From assembly GCA_045586015.1 (NCBI GenBank), contig JAZMZP010000013.1, positions 2,374-66,373 on the forward strand: DNA of 64,000 nucleotides, written 5' to 3'. The notes below the pieces were generated by a model. The model saw only the letters and a list, made by a program, of their open reading frames with translations, was not told where the DNA came from and did no database searches. Shown here in pieces: positions 35,589-44,251 of the stretch. The position numbers and the translations under genes are program-made. The first letter of the stretch is position 1; each line of letters begins with the position of its first letter. This DNA comes from Candidatus Nanosyncoccus sp. (GTDB lineage: Bacteria; Patescibacteriota; Saccharimonadia; Saccharimonadales; Saccharimonadaceae).

Positions 35589-36852
35589 TTATTCGCTCGC
35601 TTTCTTTAGCTACAATCTCATTGATAATCTTCGCCGCTTCACGAATTTGAGCCTCGTCATTAGTTTCCCCAAGCGAAATTCTAAGAGAGCCCGTAATTTG
35701 GACATCCGTTAAACCAATCGCCTTTAAAACATGTGATTTTTCGCCCTTCGAAGCCGCACAAGCCGCCCCTGTTGCAACATATACCTCCGACCCCTCAAGA
35801 AGAAAGATTAATCTCTCTGCATCTATACCATTATAGCACAAAACAACGAAATTGTCAAGAGAGTGCTTACGGCTAATCAATTCATACCCCTGTAATTCAG
35901 CCAATAAAATCTTTTTCAAATTAGCATATTTTTTTCGATTTCCATTCAAATGTTCCTTTGCAAGCTCAACTGCCTTCGCGAACCCAATCACACCTGGCAC
36001 ATTTTCCGTCCCCGACCTTAACCCATTCTCTTGCCCCCCGCCAACCGTCAAAGGTTTTAATCTCGCCTCGTGTGAAACATATAACGCTCCAACCCCCTTC
36101 GGCCCATACACCTTCGCAGCGTTTAAAGTCAAAAGATCAATTCCCATCCTCGCAACATTAATATCAAGTAAATTTAAAGCCTGTGACGCATCGGAATGCA
36201 ATAATAATTGTGTTTTAATTCCCCGTTTCATCCGGTCTAACTTCACTTCGCGAATAATCCTCGCGACCTCCGCCAACGGCTGAATCGTCCCGAGCTCATT
36301 GTTTACGAGCGAAACCGAAATTAACTCCGTCTCATCAGTAATCTTAGACTTTAAATCATCCAAATCAATCAACCCGTTCGGAAGCACCTTAATACTCTCC
36401 CCCCCATATCTCTCCGCAACTCTCCGCACCGAATCATGCTCAGTCACAAGATAGAGCACGGTCGGAATCTGCTTATCGAAGGGGGTGCGGAGCGCGGCAG
36501 CGCGAGCTAAAGCGCGCGAGCCCCGTGGCAGACCGCCCCTTGGGACGCGGACGACCCGAAGGGTCGACGGGAGCGAGCGACGCGCCCCAAGAGAAGCAGA
36601 TTCGACCGTCCCTAAAGCTGTAAACGCTAAATTATTCGCTTCGGTCGCCCCAGCGGTAATGATGAGGTCAGAGGCTTTCGCTCCGATTGCATGCGCAATC
36701 GTCGCTTTTGCGTTCTCATAATCAGCCGCCACCTTCTTTGCCGGCAAATACGCCGCCGACGGATTAAAGAAATCATCAGAAAAATACGGCTTCATCGCCT
36801 CGAAAACTTTTTTCGATACCGGCGTCGCCGCCGCATGATCAAGATAAATCAT
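35581..36852 (-). CDS. cysteine desulfurase (NifS/IscS class V aminotransferase) carrying one in-frame G+C-rich insertion
   Basis: MIYLDHAAATP, HSDASQA, PLP-Lys context LNAAKVYGPKGVGALYV, C-terminal GAACAS. Overlaps the mnmA start by 8 nt (operon). Confidence 0.9.
   Translation of the reverse strand: MIYLDHAAATPVSKKVFEAMKPYFSDDFFNPSAAYLPAKKVAADYENAKATIAHAIGAKASDLIITAGATEANNLAFTALGTVESASLGARRSLPSTLRVVRVPRGGLPRGSRALARAAALRTPFDKQIPTVLYLVTEHDSVRRVAERYGGESIKVLPNGLIDLDDLKSKITDETELISVSLVNNELGTIQPLAEVARIIREVKLDRMKRGIKTQLLLHSDASQALNLLDINVARMGIDLLTLNAAKVYGPKGVGALYVSHEARLKPLTVGGGQENGLRSGTENVPGVIGFAKAVELAKEHLNGNRKKYANLKKILLAELQGYELISRKHSLDNFVVLCYNGIDAERLIFLLEGSEVYVATGAACAASKGEKSHVLKAIGLTDVQITGSLRISLGETNDEAQIREAAKIINEIVAKESERING
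36481..36588. repeat. 108-nt G+C-rich element inserted in-frame in the cysteine desulfurase gene (family member 2)
   Basis: gggggtgcggag...cgaccc-gaa-gggtcg...gacgggagcgagcgacgcgcccc. Its 36 codons encode GARRSLPSTLRVVRVPRGGLPRGSRALARAAALRTP between EANNLAF and VTEHDSV. Confidence 0.65.
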
Positions 36853-36858
36853 AAATAT

Positions 36859-36867
36859 ATTATAACA
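36859..36867 (-). promoter_or_regulatory. extended -10 (TGTTATAAT) exactly 6 nt upstream of the cysteine desulfurase ATG (leaderless architecture)
   Basis: Minus strand reads tgttataat-atattt-ATGatt. Confidence 0.6.
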
Positions 36868-36919
36868 TAAAAATCTAAATTTTAAAAATGCTAAAAATCA
36901 ATAAACAGCGAATCTCCCA

Positions 36920-36928
36920 TGTTATAAT
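36920..36928 (+). promoter_or_regulatory. extended -10 (TGTTATAAT) for the DUF1846 gene (leadered, with SD)
   Basis: tgttataat followed by an 18-nt leader containing AAGGAGG, then the ATG at 36947. Confidence 0.55.
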
Positions 36929-36946
36929 TTTGTAAAAGGAGGTTTC

Positions 36947-38410
36947 ATGAAAAGATGCTTTGATGCCAGGAAGTTTTTAAAAATCCAGAAAAAGAAAATT
37001 AACGAGCGTATTAGGATGTTCGATAAGCTTTATATCGAATTCGGCGGAAAATTAATCGATGACCAACACGCCGCTCGCACCCTCCCCGGCTACCTCCCGG
37101 ACTTAAAAATCAGACTTTTCCAAGAATTCAAAGACCAAGCCGAGGTTATCCTCTGTATCAACGCCGATGCGATTGAAAAATCGAAAATTCGCGCCGACCA
37201 TATGATTACTTACGAAAGCGAAGTTCTAAGACTAATCGAATTCCTCCGCGCTAGAGAAATTACGGTCAACTCGGTTGTCATTACCCTCTTTAACGGCCAG
37301 AAAAAAGCCGAAGATTTCGCGAAAAAACTCAAAGATTATAAAATCAAAGCCTACTTCCACTCCTTTACCAAAGGCTACCCGACCGATGTTGACACAATCG
37401 TGTCCGACGAAGGTTATGGCGCGAACCCTTATATTAAAACCACGAAACCTCTTGTCATCGTTTCGGCTCCTGGCCCTGGCTCCGGAAAACTCGCCACCTG
37501 CCTTTCCCAGCTTTACCACGAATCAAAACAAGGCAAAAAAGTCGGATACGCCAAATTCGAAACTTTCCCGGTTTGGGATTTACCCTTAAAACACCCAGTT
37601 AATATCGCCTATGAAGCCGCGACGGCCGATTTGAATGATAAAAATATGATTGATAATTTCCACCTCGAGAAATATGGCGTATCGGCCGTGAATTATAATC
37701 GCGACCTCGAAACTTTCCCGGTTCTAAAAGAAATCCTAACTCGCATTTCCGGAAAAAGCATCTATAACTCTCCGACCGATATGGGTGTTAATGTTATCGG
37801 TCAATGTATTACCGACGATGTAGCTGTCCGCCGCGCCGCAAAAGACGAGATTATCCGTCGTTATCTCCGCGCCCTGACCGACTTAAAAAAAGGCCTGGTT
37901 GGCGAAGAAGTTCCAAACCGTATTAAGCTACTTATGAATGAGCTAAAAATTTCGGAAGCCGACCGCCCAGTTATTAAAAAAGCCGAAGAGAAGCGTCAAA
38001 AATCTGGCAACAAACCGAGTGCCTGTCTTGCGGTCGGGAAAAAGTTTATCGTCGGCAGAAAAACCGACTATCTCTCGCCGATTTCGAGCACCTTCTTAAA
38101 CGCAATTAAAACTTTAACTAAAATTCCGGATGAAGTCGACCTCATCGCCCCGACAATTCTAAAACCAATCCTCGAAATTAAAAACAGAACCTCGAATTTT
38201 ACTAGAAAACAACTCAATCTCGACGAGGTATTAATCGCCCTTTCGATTTGCTCGACGACAAATCCGACGGTTAAAAAAGCCTTAGAAAGCCTTGACAAAT
38301 TACAAGGAGCCGAACTTCACGCAACGCACTTAATCCCCGACGATGAGTTCGTCGTCCTCGCGAATCTCGGAATCAACGCTACTTGTGGGGTTGAACTTGA
38401 TCTCGGTTGA
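36947..38410 (+). CDS. UPF0371 / DUF1846 family protein
   Basis: KLYIEFGGKLIDDQHAARTLPGYLPDLKIRLFQEF and the overall ~490-aa length match my memory of the UPF0371 family. Confidence 0.75.
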   Translation: MKRCFDARKFLKIQKKKINERIRMFDKLYIEFGGKLIDDQHAARTLPGYLPDLKIRLFQEFKDQAEVILCINADAIEKSKIRADHMITYESEVLRLIEFLRAREITVNSVVITLFNGQKKAEDFAKKLKDYKIKAYFHSFTKGYPTDVDTIVSDEGYGANPYIKTTKPLVIVSAPGPGSGKLATCLSQLYHESKQGKKVGYAKFETFPVWDLPLKHPVNIAYEAATADLNDKNMIDNFHLEKYGVSAVNYNRDLETFPVLKEILTRISGKSIYNSPTDMGVNVIGQCITDDVAVRRAAKDEIIRRYLRALTDLKKGLVGEEVPNRIKLLMNELKISEADRPVIKKAEEKRQKSGNKPSACLAVGKKFIVGRKTDYLSPISSTFLNAIKTLTKIPDEVDLIAPTILKPILEIKNRTSNFTRKQLNLDEVLIALSICSTTNPTVKKALESLDKLQGAELHATHLIPDDEFVVLANLGINATCGVELDLG

Positions 38411-38761
38411 ATCATCCTGAATCAAAACTAAGTTCCCATCGTCAATCCGATATTCGTATTCATCATTTAGCGTATATAGCCAATCCGTCTCGATTTTCAA
38501 CTTCCCGTCCTCAATCGCCCAGATGAAGTCATAGCTATTTTCATTATTATTGGTCGTTAATTTCCCTTTCCCTATCTCAGAAAAAGTCCAAATCACGCTC
38601 GGCTCGTCTTCTTTTACCCAGCTATCCACCGAAATTAAATATTCCCCGTCCTGAAGCGAAGCGCCCTTATTTAGATTAAGAACTAAAAAAATCACGCCGA
38701 TAACAAGCGTAATTAATCCGATAATAAAAACAATAATTGAGATAATTTGCTTCTTCTTCAT
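38330..38761 (-). CDS. hypothetical membrane-anchored protein (143 aa)
   Basis: N-terminal TM helix IISIIVFIIGLITLVIGVIFLVL. The last 27 codons overlap the convergent DUF1846 3' end. Confidence 0.6.
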   Translation of the reverse strand: MKKKQIISIIVFIIGLITLVIGVIFLVLNLNKGASLQDGEYLISVDSWVKEDEPSVIWTFSEIGKGKLTTNNNENSYDFIWAIEDGKLKIETDWLYTLNDEYEYRIDDGNLVLIQDDSTEIKFNPTSSVDSEIREDDELIVGD

Positions 38762-38770
38762 ACCCCCATT

Positions 38771-39154
38771 TTAGCAATAGAGTTTTGATTTTACAAGTTC
38801 AAGATAGCTTTTTGCCGCTTGGCGGAAATTATCGAGCTCCTCTCCCTCGATTTTTACATAAGAACTACCAGCCACTTTTTTATAAACTCCATTTGGCCTA
38901 ACTTCATAACGAATAGTCATATCTTGAAGTTTTCCAAAAGTATCCGACCAATCTTCGTGCCAGAACCAGACATTTCCTTTATGCTTGAAAAATTCCCGGT
39001 TATGACCGTCAGGCACCGGTCCAAAAATCGTCTTCCCGAGCTCAGATTCGGCATTAATTAAGTCCTCATAACTTAATTTATTTGAATATGGGACTTTTGG
39101 AAGTAAATCGTTTCCGATATTAGTAATTGATTTTAACAGTTTCTTGAGCGACAT
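38771..39154 (-). CDS. hypothetical protein (127 aa)
   Basis: GAGGAG 8 nt upstream of the ATG. No recognisable motif. Confidence 0.65.
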   Translation of the reverse strand: MSLKKLLKSITNIGNDLLPKVPYSNKLSYEDLINAESELGKTIFGPVPDGHNREFFKHKGNVWFWHEDWSDTFGKLQDMTIRYEVRPNGVYKKVAGSSYVKIEGEELDNFRQAAKSYLELVKSKLYC

Positions 39155-39279
39155 TGTTCAATCTCCTCATTTATTGCATTTAATTCTTCGTAAATCTTCT
39201 TATCTTCGTCTTTAGCCTCAAAATTATAGGCCTCATCGCCCATTAGGGGTATTCTGAAAAGTTGATTCTCCCTTTCCAT
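39133..39279 (-). CDS. candidate leaderless small ORF (48 aa, acidic), below the ORF-track size cut-off
   Basis: MERENQLFRIPLMGDEAYNFEAKDEDKKIYEELNAINEEIEQCRSRNC. Its ATG is exactly 6 nt after TGATATAAT. Its 3' end overlaps the SD and start of the next gene. Confidence 0.4.
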   Translation of the reverse strand: MERENQLFRIPLMGDEAYNFEAKDEDKKIYEELNAINEEIEQCRSRNC

Positions 39280-39285
39280 ACCCTA

Positions 39286-39294
39286 ATTATATCA
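39286..39294 (-). promoter_or_regulatory. extended -10 (TGATATAAT) whose TGA is the tatD stop codon
   Basis: Minus strand reads tgatataat-tagggt-ATGgaa. Confidence 0.5.
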
Positions 39295-40041
39295 CGAAAC
39301 GCTTGAAAAGTCAACCCCAAACAGGTCAAAAACGTTATCTGTAGTGGTTTTTGCCACCTCTTTAACAGATATCTCTAATTTTTCCGCTAACCACTTCGCA
39401 ATATCGGCAATATATGCCGGCTCATTAGTTTCGCCTCGATGCGGAGTCGGCGCCAAAAATGGCGCATCAGTCTCGAGGAGAATTCTCTCAAGTGGCGGGG
39501 TTGGCAAAGTTGAATAAGTCGCAAGCCCGTTCACCCCGACATAAAAATCAGTTTCATTCAAAATCCGCTTTAGGACCTTTTTGCTGTCCGTAAAAGAATG
39601 CACCACACCACGTACCTTCGGAAAATTGCTCACCACCGCAAAAAAGTCCGAGAAAGCTTCTCTGACGTGGAACGAAACCGGCAAACCATTATCAATCGCC
39701 ATCTGCAACATTTCCTCGAATAACTTAATCTGCGCCTCTCGGTCATAACCCTCATAATGATAATCTAGTCCCACTTCCCCGATAGCTACAAGTTTATCTC
39801 GCTCGGGGGCACGCCCCGAGTAAGACAAACTTGTAGCTTGTTCGGGGTGAATGCCATAGGTCCAATAAACATTATCGTGGGAATTAGCGAAATCGCGCGC
39901 AGCTAACGAATCTTCGTGCGATGTCCCGATGCAGATAATCTTCTCGACGCCTCTTTTTTTAGCTCGTTTAATCATCTCTTCGGCTTGTTTCGCCGTAAAA
40001 AACTCTCGGTCGTGGAGATGACAATGCGAATCAATTAGCAC
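39292..40041 (-). CDS. tatD: TatD family metal-dependent DNase/hydrolase
   Basis: [26 protein letters not shown]..., LLETDAPFL motifs. Overlaps the typA 3' end by 11 nt. Confidence 0.92.
   Translation of the reverse strand: MLIDSHCHLHDREFFTAKQAEEMIKRAKKRGVEKIICIGTSHEDSLAARDFANSHDNVYWTYGIHPEQATSLSYSGRAPERDKLVAIGEVGLDYHYEGYDREAQIKLFEEMLQMAIDNGLPVSFHVREAFSDFFAVVSNFPKVRGVVHSFTDSKKVLKRILNETDFYVGVNGLATYSTLPTPPLERILLETDAPFLAPTPHRGETNEPAYIADIAKWLAEKLEISVKEVAKTTTDNVFDLFGVDFSSVS
39784..39838. repeat. 55-nt nested hairpin inside the tatD coding sequence
   Basis: agctacaagttt-atctcg-ctcgggg-gcacg-ccccgag-taagac-aaacttgtagct, with a perfect 12-bp outer stem and a perfect 7-bp inner stem. Confidence 0.6.
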
Positions 40042-41848
40042 GATTTTCTCGCTTCCTTTTAATCGGATCGAGCTGACGCTTGCGAAGTCTTAAAGATTTT
40101 GGCGTCACTTCAAGCAATTCATCATCTAATAGAAAATCTAAACACTGCTCTAGCGATAACTGCGTATAAGGCGTCAATTGTATCGCACCATCTGACGCGT
40201 GTGTCCGCATATTCGTTAATTGCTTCTCGCGACAAATATTAATATCGATATCATCTTTTTTATTCGAAAGCCCGATAATCATACCGTGATAAACCGGCAC
40301 TCCAGGCGGAATAAACAAAATCCCGCGTGCTTGCGCCGCGTCTAATGCATAAGCCGTCGAAACCCCGTCCTCGAACGCGACCAAAGCTCCATTTCTTTCC
40401 GGCTTATATCTTTCTTCAACCGGCCGATATCCGCTCGGAATCGATGACATAATTACCGTGCCTTTCGTTTCGGTCAATAAATTATTCCGAAGCCCGATTA
40501 ATGCTGCCGTTGAAATTTCATACACAAATCGCGTCGTTCCGGAGCTCGTAATTTCTTGTGATGTTAACTCAGCTTTTCTGATGCCGAGTTCTTGGCTAAC
40601 TGCTCCGACAAATTCCGGCGCGACTTCAATCGTCAAATCTTCAATCGGCTCGCACTTCTCCCCGTCAATTTCTCGGTAAACTACTTCCGGTCGCCCGACT
40701 TCGAGTTCATAACCCTCGCGTCGCATCGTTTCGATTAAAACCGACAAATGTAGTTCGCCTCGTCCCGAAACTTTATAGCCTAACCCATCCGGTTCGATTT
40801 TCAACGCGATATTCGTTTCGAGCTCTCGCTCTAGTCTTTCCGCAATTTGGCGTGAAGTCGTAAAATCGCCTTCACGTCCCTTTAATGGCGAGGTGTTTGG
40901 CCCGATATAAATTGAAAGCGTCGGCGCTTCGAGCTCAATCCCCGGCAAAGCCTCCGGATTATCGCCAGTTGCAATCGTGTCGCCAATATTTGCTTCCGAA
41001 ACTCCCGTAATCGCGACAATATCCCCCGCAATCGCCTCCGGCACCTCTTCCTTTCCTAGTCCTTTGTAAATAAATAAATTATCAATCTTACTGTTTTTTA
41101 TTTCATTATTATGTAAAATCTTTACACTTTGGTTTTTCTTTAATTTACCACTAAAAATTTTACCAATACAATACTTGCCAAGATAATTATCGCCCGCGAG
41201 CGCCGCAACGAGAAGTTGCGCCGACTCTGCGTCGGAATCAACCGAAGGCGCCGGAATATCGTTAATAATTGATTCAAAAATTACGTGTAAATCATCATCA
41301 AGCTCGGTCGTTTTTCCCGCTCGGCCTTCCCTAGCGATTGCATAATAAACCGGATAGAACAATTGTGACTCATCCGTTGCGAGTTCTAAAAACAAACTTT
41401 CAATTTCTGATAAAACTTCCGGGATGCGTGCCGCCGGTTTATCAATTTTATTAATCACTACCACCGGTTTTAATCCTAAACTGAGAGCCTTCGATAAAAC
41501 GAACTTCGTTTGTGGCATCGGCCCTTCCTGCGCATCGACGATAAGTAGAACTCCATCCGCCATATTCAAAGTCCGCTCGACCTCGCCCGAAAAATCCGCG
41601 TGTCCCGGCGTATCGATAATATTAATCTTATAACCATCATAATAAACACAAGTTTGCTTTGCCGTAATCGTAATACCTCGCTCGTGTTCCTGATCCATCG
41701 AATCCATAATTAAAGTCTGATTCATTTCAGCTTGATTATCGCGAAAAGTACGCGACTGCTTCAAAAGCCCATCGACTAAAGTCGTTTTTCCGTGATCAAC
41801 GTGTGCAATAATCGCCACGTTCCGAATTAAATCTTTGTTTGAAACCAT
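40031..41848 (-). CDS. typA: translational GTPase TypA/BipA
   Basis: [31 protein letters not shown]; 605 aa. Confidence 0.93.
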   Translation of the reverse strand: MVSNKDLIRNVAIIAHVDHGKTTLVDGLLKQSRTFRDNQAEMNQTLIMDSMDQEHERGITITAKQTCVYYDGYKINIIDTPGHADFSGEVERTLNMADGVLLIVDAQEGPMPQTKFVLSKALSLGLKPVVVINKIDKPAARIPEVLSEIESLFLELATDESQLFYPVYYAIAREGRAGKTTELDDDLHVIFESIINDIPAPSVDSDAESAQLLVAALAGDNYLGKYCIGKIFSGKLKKNQSVKILHNNEIKNSKIDNLFIYKGLGKEEVPEAIAGDIVAITGVSEANIGDTIATGDNPEALPGIELEAPTLSIYIGPNTSPLKGREGDFTTSRQIAERLERELETNIALKIEPDGLGYKVSGRGELHLSVLIETMRREGYELEVGRPEVVYREIDGEKCEPIEDLTIEVAPEFVGAVSQELGIRKAELTSQEITSSGTTRFVYEISTAALIGLRNNLLTETKGTVIMSSIPSGYRPVEERYKPERNGALVAFEDGVSTAYALDAAQARGILFIPPGVPVYHGMIIGLSNKKDDIDINICREKQLTNMRTHASDGAIQLTPYTQLSLEQCLDFLLDDELLEVTPKSLRLRKRQLDPIKRKRENRAN

Positions 41849-41854
41849 CCATAT

Positions 41855-41863
41855 ATTATAACA
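41855..41863 (-). promoter_or_regulatory. extended -10 (TGTTATAAT) exactly 6 nt upstream of the typA ATG (leaderless architecture)
   Basis: Minus strand reads tgttataat-atatgg-ATGgtt. Confidence 0.6.
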
Positions 41864-41867
41864 TATT

Positions 41868-43523
41868 TTATCGTTTTCCGGAATTAGGCGCTTTCGGAAT
41901 TGGCGAAATTAATTTCTGCTGAACACTAATGCTAATTCCCTCTCCTCTTAAATCGTCCGTAATCGGAACTAAAGTAATTTGATTCTTAACTCCGCTTTTT
42001 AACCCACCGATAGTAATTTCATCTAAATCTGTTACCCCTAAAATCACATCATTTAAAATCACAATCGCTTGATTGCTACTACTATTAAACTTAATCCGAA
42101 CTTCCGTCTCCGAAATTTCCGTCACTTCTTTAATTTCTAAAGCTGGCAAATCAGCCCCAAGACTTTCCTCAACACGTGGCAAACTATCATACCGCTCCAT
42201 AATATAATCCGTCAGTAAATCTAGCGTATTAAAATCAGTCACAACTTTCCCATCAGTTCTCTCAGCTAGTTCATCATAGCTTTTCGCCGATTCTTCGTTT
42301 GTAATAATATAGAAATTAACCGGATCAATTTCTTTACTTAAACGCACTACCTCATCCAAAGTCACACCATCACGGTCTGGCGTTAAAAACGGCGCATCAG
42401 TTAAAACTACTACCGACTTCGTCGCTCCAAATTTCCATTTTAAGCTTTTCATCGCCGAAAACGATGCCGAAAGTAGCGATTCGTTCGTATCGCCTCCACC
42501 ATCAACCTCAATTTCCTCCAATTTCTGTTGTATTACATCTATAGTACAAGTCTCAAAATTACAATGTTCAACCGGCGTATACGGATCGTTCAAATCTCGA
42601 TAATCATAAAGCGCCACTCTCCCGCCCGACTCAAAAGTCTTCGTCGCGAGTCTAATCGCTTCCGCTTTGTATTCGCCAATCATCCTACTCATCGATCCGG
42701 TTGAATCTAGCATAATGACCGTGTCGTGTGGCGACGAAACCATATTTTCAATCCCAAACGATTGCGCAATCTTATCAAAAATCACTTTTGATGCATCGGT
42801 ATAAAGTTCGTCTTCAATGTAAGTCAAATGATTATCCATACTATATTTCGAACTGCAAAAAATGTCACTTTTATTACACCAAGTCCCGACTTTGCCGAGT
42901 AAACTCTCCGGCTCATATGGCATATACGCCCCGAGCAGTCCTTTGTAAGCTTGACAATCCGGTACATAGGCTCGATAATCCGATAAATTTTCCCCTCGAC
43001 ATGCCGCCGGAAAAAGCCCTTTTCCTTCTGGCAGATAAATTTTCGGATCTCCAAAAGTCGCCGCAAAAATTAATCGCTCTGACTTTAAACTACCCAAAGA
43101 TTTCGAAACTACCATCGCACCCTGAGAATATCCGCCAATCACATATTTTGTATTTGGGCAGCTAGAATCATTTACCATTTTTACTAAATTATTCACACCC
43201 GCATTCACACTATCGCCGAACTCATAACTATCGCCCGAGCCGAAATAGGCCCCGAGTGTAACTCTTAAATTATCGACTCCGACTCCGACCGCTGGATAAT
43301 CTAAATCGACAAACTCATAATTTAAATTGGTTGACTCAAGTTTAGTTTGGATTGAGTTTTTAAAACTCAAATAATCATCCGTCGTCCATCTTTCTCCACC
43401 CGAACCGCGCGCGAATACGATTCTTAGCTCCGGGCAGTTTACTGCTTCCGCTTTAATTCTCGGCACCAAACTCGCGGTTAAAACAATTAAAGTTAATATT
43501 AAATATTTGATTTTACCTCGCAT
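41868..43523 (-). CDS. secreted cutinase-like serine esterase fused to a vWA domain and a C-terminal beta-rich tail
   Basis: Signal peptide MRGKIKYLILTLIVLTASLVPRIKAEA. Cutinase motifs IVFARGSGG, GGYSQGA, SDIFCSS...H. vWA MIDAS motifs VIMLDSTGSMS, GGGDTNES, VVVLTDAPF. Confidence 0.8.
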   Translation of the reverse strand: MRGKIKYLILTLIVLTASLVPRIKAEAVNCPELRIVFARGSGGERWTTDDYLSFKNSIQTKLESTNLNYEFVDLDYPAVGVGVDNLRVTLGAYFGSGDSYEFGDSVNAGVNNLVKMVNDSSCPNTKYVIGGYSQGAMVVSKSLGSLKSERLIFAATFGDPKIYLPEGKGLFPAACRGENLSDYRAYVPDCQAYKGLLGAYMPYEPESLLGKVGTWCNKSDIFCSSKYSMDNHLTYIEDELYTDASKVIFDKIAQSFGIENMVSSPHDTVIMLDSTGSMSRMIGEYKAEAIRLATKTFESGGRVALYDYRDLNDPYTPVEHCNFETCTIDVIQQKLEEIEVDGGGDTNESLLSASFSAMKSLKWKFGATKSVVVLTDAPFLTPDRDGVTLDEVVRLSKEIDPVNFYIITNEESAKSYDELAERTDGKVVTDFNTLDLLTDYIMERYDSLPRVEESLGADLPALEIKEVTEISETEVRIKFNSSSNQAIVILNDVILGVTDLDEITIGGLKSGVKNQITLVPITDDLRGEGISISVQQKLISPIPKAPNSGKR

Positions 43524-43596
43524 TTTTCTCCTTATTTTAATGTTGCGAGAGTATAGGCATAAACCAAAGAAAAATTCAACCCCGTCGCTCTGCTTA

Positions 43597-43605
43597 TGGT
43601 ATAAT
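43597..43605 (+). promoter_or_regulatory. extended -10 (TGGTATAAT) 10 nt upstream of the dCMP deaminase ATG
   Basis: tggtataat-aatagtcact-ATGagc, so the leader would be only 3-4 nt with no SD. Confidence 0.5.
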
Positions 43606-43615
43606 AATAGTCACT

Positions 43616-44161
43616 ATGAGCAAACAAACTGAATGGGACGAGTATTTTATGAACATCGCCGAAGCAGTCGCGGCGAAGTCAAAAGATCCCTCGAGTAAAA
43701 TGGGCTGCGTGATTGTCGACAAAAATAAACGCGTAGTTTCGTTAGGTTATAACGGCTTAATCCAAGGCGCCGACGAATCAAAAATGACTCTTAGTGAGCG
43801 CCCGATGAAATATTATTTCGCCATTCATTCCGAAATGAACGCCTTAATTTTCGCTCATCAAGATTTAACCGGTTGCACGATTTACAATCGTGTTGCAACT
43901 TGCGAAAACTGTTTGAAATATTGTCTCCAAGCCGGCATCAAACGCTTTGTCTACCGAGATTTACGCGTCCATTCCCATTCAACCGACCCAAAAAAATCGA
44001 TGACCAATATCGATACTGACGAAGCCGTCGTGCGTTTGCTTGTTTCGATGCCTGAAGTCGAAACCCTGAATCTTACAAACGGTAAAACCTATGTCGAAGA
44101 CATTTTAGATTCTTACGAAAAAGAATCAGAAGAATACAACCGCCTAAAAAGATGGATCTAA
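43616..44161 (+). CDS. dCMP/CMP deaminase family (ComEB-like) zinc enzyme
   Basis: WDEYFMNIA..., HSEMNAL (HxE) and CENCLKY (CxxC) zinc ligands. Confidence 0.85.
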   Translation: MSKQTEWDEYFMNIAEAVAAKSKDPSSKMGCVIVDKNKRVVSLGYNGLIQGADESKMTLSERPMKYYFAIHSEMNALIFAHQDLTGCTIYNRVATCENCLKYCLQAGIKRFVYRDLRVHSHSTDPKKSMTNIDTDEAVVRLLVSMPEVETLNLTNGKTYVEDILDSYEKESEEYNRLKRWI

Positions 44162-44164
44162 TAT

Positions 44165-44247
44165 GGACGGGTGGCGCAAATAGGGGGACCCCCAAAATAT
44201 TTGCGTAGGCAAAATTTTGGGGGAAAATTTTTTGGAAGGACCCGTCC
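44165..44247. other. 83-nt structured element between convergent genes, with mutually exclusive hairpins
   Basis: Outer pair ggacgggt/acccgtcc. Inner alternatives are cgcaaata/tatttgcg versus cccccaaaat/attttggggg. A T-run lies at 44228-44233. Confidence 0.5.
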
Positions 44248-44251
44248 AGAA

